The position numbers and the translations under genes were made by a program. The notes under the pieces were generated by a model, which was given only the letters and a program-made list of their open reading frames with translations, did not search any database and had not been told where the DNA came from. Shown here in pieces: positions 1 to 12,300 of a stretch of 64,000 nt of DNA. Source of the stretch: Phoronis australis (Eukaryota; Animalia; Phoronida); assembly GCA_002633005.1 (NCBI GenBank), contig NMRA01000465.1, forward strand, positions 17,941 through 81,940, in the 5' to 3' direction. Every line of letters starts with the position of its first letter. The first letter of the stretch is position 1.

Positions 1-714
1 CAGCAATTTTGTAAATTTAATAGTGAATGACTAATCTGAGGGCAAGAGAACCTTTGTTGGGATCATCCGCTGTTATGATGTTTTCACAGTCATTTGGCGA
101 CGTGACGATAAAGCTCTTTGAAAAGGGCTACGCGTTCCGAGTATGATTGTCGTGTCGGGATTTAGATCGCCAGGTAAGATGAACCGCCCAGGGCGGTTGT
201 CTGTAGTAATAAGCGCCCATGTTCGGTTAACCGCCCATCCCCTACTTTAGGTGGATTTTCGATTTAACCGCCCACTGCTCGGTTAACCGCCCTCCCCCGA
301 TTCTTTGAAGTCGCCAATTTAACCGCCCAGGGCGTTAACCCGAACGATTACGGTAGTTAAGACCTCAGTTAAGACAAATGTTACATTTCAGTCAATTTTA
401 AGATAAAAGTTTAATTTGCCTCAAGTCCGTTTCAAGAGAGATCTTAAGTTTGACTTAAGTTTTTGACTTAAGTTTTGTCTCAATTTTTACTAACTTTCCA
501 GTTGTGGAACTTTCAAAGCTTGGAAGTGTCAAAGCTTGGAAGTTGAGACAAATCTTAAGCGCAAGTCAAAAATGAACTTCAGTCGGTTTCTTGGAACGAG
601 CCCTGGATCATAACTTTTCAAGCCATTTTGAAAAGGTTTTCTCTAAGTTTCTCATGCAAGCTTAGGAAGGAGACTGGAGTGTCATAAACAAATGGCTATG
701 TTCTGGTAACACTC

Positions 715-2950
715 AGATTACTGTTTTCGAAACTCTGACCCTCCCAAGTGCTGTAGAATTATGCCTAGTCCAGGCACTCAGTGAGTTATTTATATCCTTC
801 CCATTTCACCATAGATTAAATTTGGAATATTTTCTACGTCTATACTATGTATAACTCCCAGTATGGAAAATACTTCACTATTCCATTTTAATATTGTTTT
901 CCAAGCACAAAGTGATCTCACAATGTTTCCAGGAACCAATCCATACACACTGGAATTTTTTGATGTTTGGTTTAACCCGAAAATTTCACTCACTTATCAA
1001 ATAAGTTTAAAGTGCGTCTACTGAGTATTCTGATCCATCCATAATCATGACAGTGTCGTCTGCATATTGCAAGATATTAATTTGATAAGTCATTGATTTT
1101 GATACCTTTAATATTACTGTTAAATGCAGTCATCAATTCTATTATTTCTAAGCTAAGTAAAATTCAATATGGATACACATGATCTCATAGTTCACACACC
1201 CCCAGAGGACTTTGAGGACATTCCATTTTGTAATATACATGTTGAGAAGCCCTGGTGGAGATGTAGCCATTTCTGTACATCCCAGAAATTAAAATTTTTT
1301 TAATGTACTGTAGAGAAATTTTCATGACAAAGTATCAAGTGTTTTTTCAAAACCGACCATCACATCATGGATTGCAGACTTACCGAAATTTTCCGTAGAT
1401 AAGCTCACCTGATGAAACGGTGATGGGCATTTATTTGGAAAATTATGCCGAATAAATGCCCATGGGGATTTATTTGGTGTTATAACTTCGGGTGTCAAGT
1501 GTCCAGACAGTGGGACATTTATTCGAAAAATTTCATCATAAAAGCCCACTTAGCGTCAAATTTTAGTCACTTAATTCAGTTTTGTGGAGCATCATTTATA
1601 AAAACAAACCCAGAGGGACTGTTTCACTTATAAAAATACATATCCCACTTCAGGCTGACATTTGTGTTACCAAAACTATGACTTTCCGTTTGCATGCCCC
1701 CTTTTCCAAATAAACACCAGGGCATTTATTTGATATTACTAAAACGCCTGAAAATTTTCATTTTCTGGATACACTCTCATGGCATTATCTACGGAAAATC
1801 CTGGTAAAACTAATTGCGATATACATTTTCCACAACGGTTTAGGAATTGCACATCTATATTATACATCATAAGTATACCTTGTATTTTCCCAAATACATC
1901 TTTCCGCTAGAAAACCTTTCTGGTTCTCATGAATTAAACAGTCCACAACAGATATTATCCTTTCAGCTATAGAAGCTTAGAAAATTATAACCCATATTAA
2001 GTAAGCTAATGATTCTTCAATTTTGATATGGAGTACTGATGACATTTTTTTAAAAATCTGCATCTTGAAATTCGTCATCACAAGAGCAATAAAGGCAACT
2101 GTCACAGACATGGGTTTCACTGAGAATGGCCTCTTGAGAGGAAATATTTTCATTTCTATTATCAGTTCGTTTTAGAAATGGTCACTTGTGCATATCTTCC
2201 TTTTTTCCAGGTCAAGGACACATTTTGTAGGCTTTTCACCAGCTTCACTTAGATCTTGGTATCAATCCTTCCATGGGTAATGGTCTGATATAACGTGCTC
2301 GCATTTTGAGAACCAGTTCTCACCACTAAATAACGAGCATCAAACCGGTTCTCAAAATACGGGCACATTATATTTGACTATTGTCCATCCATGTAATCTT
2401 TTCCAAATTCTTTCAGTTTCTGAAGGCAATCATTTAAATTTGCATCAAAACCATTCAATAGAATTCAGTGATTTTATTTTGTTTTCTAAATATACCGATC
2501 TCTCCACTATATACATCTTTTTATAGACACTATATGGGGCTGTCATACGTCTAACATTATGTAACAATATTTTAAAAAATACTTGATCAGTAGTAAGTTG
2601 CAACATATCTAGAGGAATATTTGATATGTCTTCTATATCATATAGAAAAGCAGCAAACATACCTTCCGTGTGACGGATAACACCCTTCACAACATATATG
2701 TTATCTTTTAAAAGGGTATGGCTATTAAAAGTGCCAAAAACATCAACCTTTTGTAAAGAAATGCAAGTCTAAAATGATCTGTTCAACTTTCTCAACGAAA
2801 GACACTAACTCTACTATTTTTAAATTTAGAGAAATCAATTCTGCAAAGGTTTTCGTACTCTGGTACCCAGGGTACAGGACTGGTACAATCTACATCTACC
2901 ATGGATACCAAAAATAGGTTTCTCAGTTTATGATTTGCTAATGCTGTTGC
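715..2950 (-). mobile_element. Decayed L1/Tx1-type non-LTR retrotransposon ORF2 fragment (reverse transcriptase region), interrupted by insertions
   Basis: The minus strand at about 1040-1080 reads ILQYADDTVMIMDG (RT YADD motif). It is followed by ORF 790-993 (FGLNQTSKNSSVYG...FSILGVIHS), which resembles the L1/Tx1 'GL.IN..KS' and 'YLG' region. Many stops and frameshifts; boundaries approximate. Confidence 0.6.
1383..1804. mobile_element. TA-flanked MITE (Tc1/mariner/pogo-like) inserted in the L1/Tx1 remnant
   Basis: TA|CCGAAATTTTCCGTAGATAA ... TTATCTACGGAAAATCCTGG|TA: imperfect terminal inverted repeats with TA flanks. Confidence 0.5.
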
Positions 2951-3014
2951 TTACAGTTTAATCCATATCAAAATCATTTTTCAAAAGAAAATGTTTAACT
3001 AATCTGCGAAGACG

Positions 3015-4114
3015 GTTGACATGTATGCAGATGATACCACTTTGTCTGTTGTGGCAAACTCGCTGATCGCTGTAAAGGACAGACTCCAGTCTGATCTGGA
3101 TAAGGTTGGTACCTGGTGTACTGATAATAAAATGGTAATTAATGCTGAAAAAACAAAATGTACGAGTATTGCCACAGAGCAACGGCATAGTAGAAGTAAT
3201 CTTGAGCTTAACCTTGCTATTTCCAATGTACGCCTCAAATATGTTTTGACAGTGAAAAGTTATTAGGTGTTACTGTCGACAAGACCCTCAGCTGGTCTAG
3301 CCATATAAATGGGACTGTGTCCAAAATTAGGCAGCGCCTTGGTCTTCTCCGGCGTATATCACCATTTCTTCCTACAGAAGGGCGTCTGCAATATTTCAGC
3401 GCTTTTGTATTCCCTCTGTTTGTTTATTGTAGTACAGTGTGGTCAGGATGCAATGCAAAATTTAAGTTTCCTCTTTATTGAAGGCTCAGAAGCAGGCAGC
3501 CAGACTTGTTCTAGGTGTGCCTTTTGACACTTCGTCAACTCATATGTTTAATAGACTGGGGTGGCTTCCTATTGACAAATATTCTATATATAGGCGTCTG
3601 TGTATGATGCATAGGTGCTTTCACGGTAATGTACCGGCTTATCTATCTCATAATCTCGTACTTGTTCGAAATAGCCACCACATCAGGACAAGATTTTCTG
3701 CCTCAAACAATTTGGTTTTGCCCAGACACAGAACATTGTTTTATTCTAAGTCCTTCTTTATTCAGACCATCAAACAGTGGAACAATTTGCCTAATAGTCT
3801 TAAGGATGCTGATTGTTATGATAATTTCAGACACCACCTCATCAGTTACCTGTGGTCGTCATAGATGTCTCTCCTTTTTGTCTTACCAATATATTTACCA
3901 AAAAATTTATTTTATTTATTTATCTTTAATTCAATTTGTTTATCCAATTTGTAAATACGTTTTTATTTAATGTATCTTATTGTATCTTAATTTAATCTGT
4001 TTATCTAAATTAATTTAATTAATTTAATTTCTTGCTGCACAGGACCATGCTGATATTAGCCTTTGGCTAAAGCATGTTTTACATGTATTGTATTTTTATC
4101 CTCTTTAAATAAAG

Positions 4115-4158
<44 letters not shown>
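3015..4158 (+). mobile_element. 5'-truncated CR1/L2-clade LINE: end of RT, C-terminal domain, 3' UTR and (ATT)n tail
   Basis: MYADDT at 3021. Frameshifted continuation 'KLLGVTVDKTLSWSSHI', then ORF 3478-3864 (QKQAARLVL...LGWLPI...SFFIQTIKQWNNLP, typical of CR1/L2). Ends AATAAA followed by (ATT)n at 4116-4158. Confidence 0.85.
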
Positions 4159-4159
<1 letters not shown>

Positions 4160-4518
4160 ACCGTTGAAGTGATGTAACACAAATGCTTTATTTAGTCATA
4201 AAAGAAAAATGCTAATAGCCAAGGGAAAGAACTCTCAAAATGTTAAAAAGTTGAAGTCTCCCACAAATCTGTACCTGTCTTACAATAGCTTAATGAGTAA
4301 CAATCCACACCTTCCACATATGGCAATTAGCGCATAGTGATTAACAGTTGTTAAAAAACGGGAATTTTATATGCAGAAAAGCAATAAGACGTGATTGCCA
4401 AGTTCATGTTTACAGGTGTTGTTGCTATTCGAAATTAATTATGACCAGTTCCTAATTGGAACTAGATGCCAATCATATCTGAATGTATATAATGTGTTGA
4501 CGTCAATTAGATCCTATC

Positions 4519-5649
4519 ATGCATGTATATAAGAAGGTCTTTATCGCCATAGGAACCACACTTAGCAAAGTATGCTCCAAGCACGCTACTCAGATTAATA
4601 AGAAAATGTCAATGGATATTGAAGATGATCGGTTTAATTTCTCCGTTACCCAGAACACAAACGAAACAGTGGTGTGTGCCGCATGCGACCTACAGCACGG
4701 ATGGTTCTACGCCATTGTCATTGTCAGCATCAGCTCCATGTGTGTCATCACCAATCTACTGAACATTTACATTTATTCCATAAGTAATCTTCAAGCTCTC
4801 GGCGGTATCTTCATGCTACAGATTAGTTGTAGTGATTTAATTGTCGGCTTAGTCTCCTTCATGTCAGTGAAACCAGCCTATGACGCAGTTTGGCAGCTTG
4901 GCAGTACTACCTGCACATTCGTTGGCACAGTAAAAACTTGGGCGAACTTTGTATCAATAACAACTCTCGCCACGATCACTCTGGACCGGTACTTCAGAAT
5001 AGCTAAGGGGATTCGTTACGTGCTATTCATGACAAAGAGAAAACAAATAGGCCTGATATGTATGCAGTTGATCCTGATCGTGTTGTCGTGTATAGACACA
5101 CCTAATGGGTGGAGAAGATACTACTTCTCGCCTTACTTAAAATCATGTACAGTGACCAGTGGGCAGCAGCCATTACAAACAATAACCAACGTGGCTGGAC
5201 TTGGCATACCACTAATAATCATGCTTGTGTGCTACTATAAAGTGTACAAGATAGTAAAACGTCACAGACGGGCAATTCAAAGCAACTGTCCGTCAACGCA
5301 GGCGTACACTAAGGAGGCTATAAAATATGAGATTATGTGCTCTCAGCAAAAACTGAAACACATCATCACCACAGGACTTCTTCTTGGCAGCTATGTGTTG
5401 TGCTACTTTCCTCTGTTGTTTATCCAACTGATGGCAAGAGCCGGCTATAGCCTACATGATAAGAACAGCACGACGCGGTTGGTTCTTTTCCTAGCATACT
5501 GGCTGATGACAAGTGGAAGTTTCTTGAATTTCTTTATTTATGGCTGGCGATGTCAGGCCTTTCGCCAAGAGCTGCGCTTACTCCAGAGAAGGATTTTTGG
5601 AAAATTGAGAATACAAGCAATCACCACGCACACAGAACAGGTACAATAA
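4519..5649 (+). CDS. Intronless class A (rhodopsin-like) orphan GPCR, GPR21/GPR52-like motifs; true start may be ATG 4606
   Basis: Intact 376-aa ORF with 7 hydrophobic segments. Motifs: TM1 N, TM2 'SDLIVG', Cys3.25, 'TLDRY', ECL2 Cys, TM6 'CYFP', TM7 'WLMTSGSFLNFFIY', helix 8 'FRQELR'; N-terminal NFS and NET sequons. Confidence 0.9.
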   Translation: MHVYKKVFIAIGTTLSKVCSKHATQINKKMSMDIEDDRFNFSVTQNTNETVVCAACDLQHGWFYAIVIVSISSMCVITNLLNIYIYSISNLQALGGIFMLQISCSDLIVGLVSFMSVKPAYDAVWQLGSTTCTFVGTVKTWANFVSITTLATITLDRYFRIAKGIRYVLFMTKRKQIGLICMQLILIVLSCIDTPNGWRRYYFSPYLKSCTVTSGQQPLQTITNVAGLGIPLIIMLVCYYKVYKIVKRHRRAIQSNCPSTQAYTKEAIKYEIMCSQQKLKHIITTGLLLGSYVLCYFPLLFIQLMARAGYSLHDKNSTTRLVLFLAYWLMTSGSFLNFFIYGWRCQAFRQELRLLQRRIFGKLRIQAITTHTEQVQ

Positions 5650-5965
5650 GACACATGACTTTTGATTCAGGACTCTAACCAAAGTTGTAGTTCGCGATTT
5701 AAACAGTCCTATTAGAGGAGACATTGAATTTTAGTGGTAAGCCTGAACAAGCCTTTGAATCTGATGTTTAAAATGGGACTAGCTCCCACCACAAGGCACT
5801 GTTGGGCCTCCTGTGTTTGGGGTGTGTTTTGGGAAAAAAAATCAATAATTAAGTCAGATAAAATTTTACTTACACACAAAAAGTTTTCTGGAAATAATTT
5901 GACTTTGTTTCAGCAAAGAACAAACGTCTGAGAATGTGTCCATGAATGTACATCAATTAGATCAT

Positions 5966-6200
5966 TTGTATACTACTAAATCAATCATTATCGTATACTA
6001 ACAAATCATTATTGTATACTGCTAAATCATTATCAAATACTACTAAATCATTATTGTATACAACTAAATCATTGTTGTATACTACTAAATCATTATTGTA
6101 TACAACTAAATCATTGTTGTATACTACTAAATCATTATTGTATACAACTAAATCATTGTTGTATACTACTAAATCATTATTGTATACAACTAAATCATTG
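5966..6200. repeat. 21-bp minisatellite (about 11 copies, GTATAC[T/A]ACTAAATCATT[A/G]TT)
   Basis: Direct tandem units are visible; they generate the spurious repetitive ORFs 5981-6217 and 6012-6326. Confidence 0.95.
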
Positions 6201-6956
6201 AGCTGTGATGCTAACAATTACCCAACCAAATCTTCAACCAGGAGCACAAGAAAAAATAAGACTCCAGGTTATGTAGGATCCTATCGATTAGTCAAAGTAT
6301 TTAGCCCAATATCTATAAAACAATAAGTCATTACTCAATAAAAATATTTTCTGAAAGTAAAAAGCCTGTATATTTTGATTTTTGACTTTATACCAACATG
6401 CTATTATCTGGATCATGTAACAAAGTCTTTTTAGTAAAATTTAGAAAAAAAATAAATGTACTTCCATAGCAAAACAACGCTATTACTAACATGACCAAAT
6501 TTCGTTTGATATAAATGTTCAAGATGAAATCTCAAAAAAACGCTGTTTCGGTTTTCTAAATTATCGTATCGTTTTGCTTTTATGCAACTTTTGATTTTTT
6601 TCATAAAAATGATAAAATTCATATTTTTGATAGTCCCTCATGCAAAAATGGAAACTTCTAAAAACAATTTCTAACAGCGTTTTGAAGAACAGCACACAAA
6701 ACATTGTATCTGAAAGTTTCATATTAATAATCCGATCAGCCATTTCTGATATATGATGTTCCGAAGTTTGACAAATGTGGTCATTTTTCAATGATACTAC
6801 GGAAGTTTAATGGAGTAGAATCATGGTGAAAGAATCATGAATTGAGATGTAGGTACATGAAAGAAAACATCCTCAAACTAACACCGTAAATCACAAACAA
6901 TGCATTCCATAAATAGAAAACCTAGTAGACTCTTTTCGCATGCTATCATGAACAGA

Positions 6957-7454
6957 CCACAGGCGTCCTCAGCTTCTGTTCCGGCGACATCGTAAGAAAT
7001 TCACAGTCAAAGAACAAAAATGTTCACAAAAACCCCAAACACACTTCCACCTTGGACGGCTCGAGGTCAACGATGGTACGGAAATTACCGATGAATTACG
7101 GATGGACGGCGTTATTGACATCGTGACTTTACGCGACAAACTGGCAATTTCCGTACCGTCCTTGACCTCGAGCCGTCCAAGATGGAAGTGTGTTTGGGCT
7201 TTTTGTGAACATTTTTGTTCTTTGACTGCGAATTTCTTACGAAGTCGCCGGAACAGGACACCGTGAATGGTATTGGAAGAAAGAACAATTGCCAATGGTT
7301 TGTTGAAACCTCGTTTTGTGTAAATTTATTGAGTTTTATGTTAGCTATGGAGGGCTGAAGTGAAGCACCTGTGGAATTTCTAGTCGGGAGTGTCATACCT
7401 TGTAGTATTATATGTAGTGTATTGGGGACGATCAGAAGCTGAGGACGCCTGTGG
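6957..7454. mobile_element. Foldback/MITE-like element with long inverted arms
   Basis: About 120-bp inverted arms (about 6975-7098 vs 7143-7257), plus a perfect 22-bp outer inverted repeat CCACAGGCGTCCTCAGCTTCTG (6957-6978 vs 7433-7454). Confidence 0.7.
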
Positions 7455-7948
7455 AACAGACAACAATTTCGATTAGATGACATCCGTCTGTGGCAGCTGC
7501 ATCAACAGTCACTACAATCCACACTTATCTTCAGTTCAGTCAGTGCGTGATGTCAGCGGCTTGTCTTATTTTAACATACTGAGATGACGATAAAAGTCAT
7601 GCGTTTGTGCATAACATTCACTGTACTCTTACCAATGGTCTGTACCTCATTCTTCATGAAACAGACATCTGGTCCCTATTAACTTTGTGATTTGTGACAT
7701 TTTCGTGACATGCTTTTGTAATTATTACCCTCGTCTCATAATTTTGACTGAAGATGAGAGACAACCACTCTCGTAATACAGTCGTGTTTTTAATGTCTTT
7801 TGGTGGTTCTCAATGCTTGTTCGTTGGTGCACTGATGATATACCGTGAATTTGAGCAAATGTGCACATTCAAGCACATAAAACAGACAGCACACTCACTC
7901 TGTTGTTTTTAATCAACTTAGGTTACTAGAAGAGGAGCAGCCAAACTA

Positions 7949-8194
7949 CAGTACTGGCCAAAAGTATTCAGACATAATGACACGGAATTTTCCATCATGG
8001 GAAACTGATTGTCAGCGTAATCCTACCTAATGACTGAAACTGAAGACAAATTAACAGGATAGTTAGTCTGAGCTAATCCATTCTGTAATAAGAATTTTGT
8101 CACCCTAATAGTAATTACCAGTAATGTTTGCTGTTAAGAACTGGCCAAAAAAATGCAAAAATGGCATTTTGTCTGATATTTTTGTCTTGTACTG
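7949..8194. mobile_element. Tc1/mariner-type MITE; a related copy lies at about 17134-17318
   Basis: TA|CAGTACTGGCCAAAAGTATTCAGACA ... TGTCTGATATTTTTGTCTTGTACTG|TA; the internal sequence is shared with the copy at 17134. Confidence 0.7.
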
Positions 8195-9316
8195 TATACT
8201 GACATAATGTAATAGGACCCAATTTGACTAATTTCAACCCTGTACACAAAGGGGCAACTAAAATTGGCACTTGGTGGCACAGGAGGTGCAGTTCTTCAAA
8301 CCGCAGACGAACAATGAATATTTGACATCCAGTGGACAAACTCTGCAGTGAAATGATTATTTGTTGTTTATTCAGTGGCCACTAGTCTCAATTCTGCGTA
8401 CATTTGAGGAGTGAGCTGGACTCTGATGGCTGCTATGCCCGGCAGGCTTTTTGTGCTGGAACTGACTAAGTTCGGGAAGTGACCGAAGTGAGCACTTGTA
8501 GAACACTCTCAAATAAGACCAATGGTGAGTTTTTGATGACTCAGAAAGTTTTATTTAATATTTAGTTTTGTTTGTCAGTTCTCTGTGTAGTTTCTAGTAG
8601 TTAATACATGTCTTTGTTTATTGAAACTGACTAATGCTTTCCAGTAAGTGAGCCATGCTTGAAGGCCCCAGATAGCGCATACATACAAAACGACTTTAAT
8701 ACAAAGCAACCACGATAGCAGCATAAACTGTATGCATCTAGAGGTGCTTATTTGAGAATCATAAAAATGGCCTCTAGACGGTGCAGAATATGTCAATCTC
8801 ATCTCCTTAGTGGAACCCGAATTTCAAGAAAATCCATCAAGGAGCTCTGAAGATATAGAGGCAAACACAAAAAAGTAAAATTGCCAGCAGGAGGCATATC
8901 AGTAGCTGGATTGATCTGAAAGTCTTCACTATTTGCTTTCATTTTCATAAGAAGACATGTGCCAAATCTCACTGAGATCTTGCCCGGGTTGAGGAGACAC
9001 AGCAGTGGACATCACATGCCAAGACAGAAATGACTGCAATACGCACCCACATATGCATACAGGGGGGCGGGGNNNNNNNNNNNNNNNNNNNNNNNNNNNN
9101 NNNNNNNNNNNNNNNNNNNNAATGCATACAGGGGGGGCACAAAGTAATGCATACAGGGGGGGGGCACAAAGTAATGAAAATTAACTGCATACCAATCTGA
9201 ACTACGAAGAAAGGGAAAGGAAAAATTGCCTTTCGGACAGGAGTTAATATTGAAAAAATTATGTAATTTGTACGTACTACTTAATTTGATTACTTTCAAA
9301 CAGAACTTTAACTCAC

Positions 9317-12300
9317 CATTAATATCCTTGCGTAGTTTAGTCAGATTATTCATAACACAGTCGATACTTGAGTAGGCATGAGGGATGGTGACCTGCAACA
9401 ATCACGAGATGTCAGTACAGCCACAACATTTGTCAAGTTTACCTATGAGCAACCAGAGTAACGTTACTTAATGAAAAGTCTGTGTATTAGCCAAATACCA
9501 CAAAACAACAAAAACTAAATAATATCTTCTGAAAACAGAAAGTCTGCAGAAATTGATTTTTGTCTTTTTATCACCTCTCATTAATCGAGTCACATGACCA
9601 CCCTTTTGAACAAAATTTGAAAGTATAATGTTTCCACTCACAATAACTAATCAACATGACAGTTGCAGAACGGTTCCACATGCGGAACGGTTCCCGCAAA
9701 CAGAATAGTTTTTAGAGCACTCAATTTTTTTAATTCAGATGCCCAATAAAGTTAAAATGCATTCCATAATCAATACCCCTTTAAAATATCAATGTGACAA
9801 TCCTAACAATAATTAGTTGATCAATGTGACAGTTGTGGAACCGTTCTGCATGCGGGGACCGATTTCCTAAACAGAATGGTTTTGCGGAGTATTTGTTTCA
9901 CCCAATCAACTTAAAATGCACTCCATTATCAATACCATGTGAAAGTGACAGGGTTCCGCAACTGTCACATTGATCAACTAATTATATTCCGCAAATTTTG
10001 CGGTTGTTGTTTTGTAACATTGTAAACATGTTTGGGGTAAGGTAGAGAATTGTTTCATACCATTTTTATGGCCCTAAATCGATACAAAAAGTGTGGAACC
10101 ATTCCGCACACTTTGAGACTAAATTATATAAGAAAGTCTCATTTGAAAACAAATAGCCTTATATAAAAGTTGAGGAAACAGTGATGAACGGCACAAAGAC
10201 AGGCACAAAAAATAACAAAGGCCATTAGAGGGTGCAGTGGTCAAATCCTTCTGAAACAGGGCAAGTAAAGAGGTCTAACAGAGATTAATGTATTTACCAA
10301 GAAAGTTCATAAACAGCCTGCAAGGAAGTTCATAGATATCAAGGCAAATGTAAGAGAAAACTAAAATTGACACTCAGGGATTCCGTAACAGTCGGATTTG
10401 TCCCAAAAATTCATATCAGCTGTACACTCGTCAACAGAAACACATACCACATCTCAAGAAGATCCAATAAGGAAGTTTGCAAATACCGAGCCACAGGCAA
10501 AAATAAAATTGCCACAGTAGTCATACCAGTCTGAAAATCACTGCCACCCATGCTGTTCTCAGAAGGAAACACATCATTTTTCATAATGATCTTCGAGCAC
10601 TTTGACGGATGCAGAAATGGACAACAAAAAAACTCGAAAATAATAAAAAGACCACTAAGCAGAATAGGATATGTCAAATGCTTATCACTGGGCTGAGAAA
10701 ACTAGGCAGGTTAAATAAACCCTTTCTCTTACTTTTGATTCAGTTAACCGTTTGGCTATAACCTTTCTCATATTGGTATGAGGCAAATCCACGAATGGCT
10801 CTCCAGCTCTCGGTACCACTGGCGCTACCTTTGGAGCAGCAGCAGGAGAGGTCACAACCTTTGGAGTGACATCAGAAGGCGGAGGAGGCGGGACTTTAAT
10901 AGCTGCTGGCTGGAGTCCATTGTCTTTAATGTAGCGTAGAACATCTCTGGAATACAGAGAAGCCAGTTAAAACGAAAAAAATTAACAAAAATAAATAAAA
11001 ATCCAAATCAAATAATAGGTTGCATCAAATACAAGACGTAAGGATATCTCAAACCTTATTGACAAAAATTGCCCATTTTTACAATATTTCACATATGTTT
11101 AGCGAAATGCCTTATCTTCATTCTTGAGGAACTTCAAATACAAAATGTATACTGTGTAGCAAGAAAGAAATTATTTACCAGAACCACTTTGGAACTGCAC
11201 AACTGTAAGGATGTTCATTTACTACTTATTCAAGATCAAAGGTTACGGGGCTATCACTCAAATTAAATCTCCCACCAGACACAGAGCAGCTCCGTATGTA
11301 CCCTCAGTCCTTTCATTCACTGAGTCACCATAATATTGAGTCAATGTGTACATATAACAGAAAGATGCCCGGAAAAGATGAAGACCAAACATAGTTTTGA
11401 TCCGAGAGTTTTGAGAGTTATGTGTATGCATGCATACAACCGTAGAGAACGAATGCTCTGAGTCGCCTCACACCCCCGTGACCTTGTGTTCAAGAATACT
11501 GCAAGTTGTGAAAAGAGATAAGTCCTTAACTAAATTCCTTAATTTGGACAATTTTACAATTCGCTGTTTCGATCTAATGCTTATGACATGCTTTAGCCAC
11601 TAACCGGATTTCTGTATTCATTTTGTACTTGGGTTTCACATTAGTCTCCCAGTGAGCGTCGTGTCTAACAATGAACTGTTGACCCACTTTAAAGTGGACC
11701 ACAATGCACCAGCTTGACCCACTTAATAAGTTGGCTCCGCCAGTGACCCAATCGACTTGGTTTAAATTAATGCTTTTGGGACAATTAAGTTAATTAGGCA
11801 CTGCAAAATTGGATGACATTGTGCGTGAATGTTGAGATAATGAATGTGGCTAAGAGGCGTATAGGTTACATTGACCAAAAACAAGTTTTCATCAAATAAT
11901 TAACTGAAGATCTTAAAGGAGAGTGCCACCCAAATAATAACCTATTTTCAATTATATCAATTTAGATCAAATAGTTCCACACGATAACAGCAAGTACAGT
12001 TCTGTTACCTGACACCTGAAGACAGACAGAGGTGTTGAAATTAACCAATGACGTCACAGGTTTGAAAGCAGTCTGTTCAGCCGTTCACAACACCCTTACT
12101 AGTCTCAGCTTATCGCTTGAATTTATCATTTATACCAATATATCATCAAAATTTGATGTGCAACCCTTACAAATACATCAAGTTCTTGAACAAACGTGTT
12201 GTTCTATTTCGCTGTTACGGATTTATAGGTATTTCAACATACCATAGCCTACAAAGTTCAGTAGGCCAATTTACCAACGTCAGTCGTGGGAGTTTAAGGT

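Noticed and set aside
4519-5649. Opsin or biogenic-amine receptor
   Set aside because: No TM7 Schiff-base Lys and no Asp3.32.
5966-6326. Repetitive ORFs (NNDLVVY)n and (YTTKSLL)n; superficially CRISPR-like or repeat-protein-like
   Set aside because: Pure 21-bp tandem minisatellite with no unique spacers and no cas genes; the open frames follow from the unit length being a multiple of 3.
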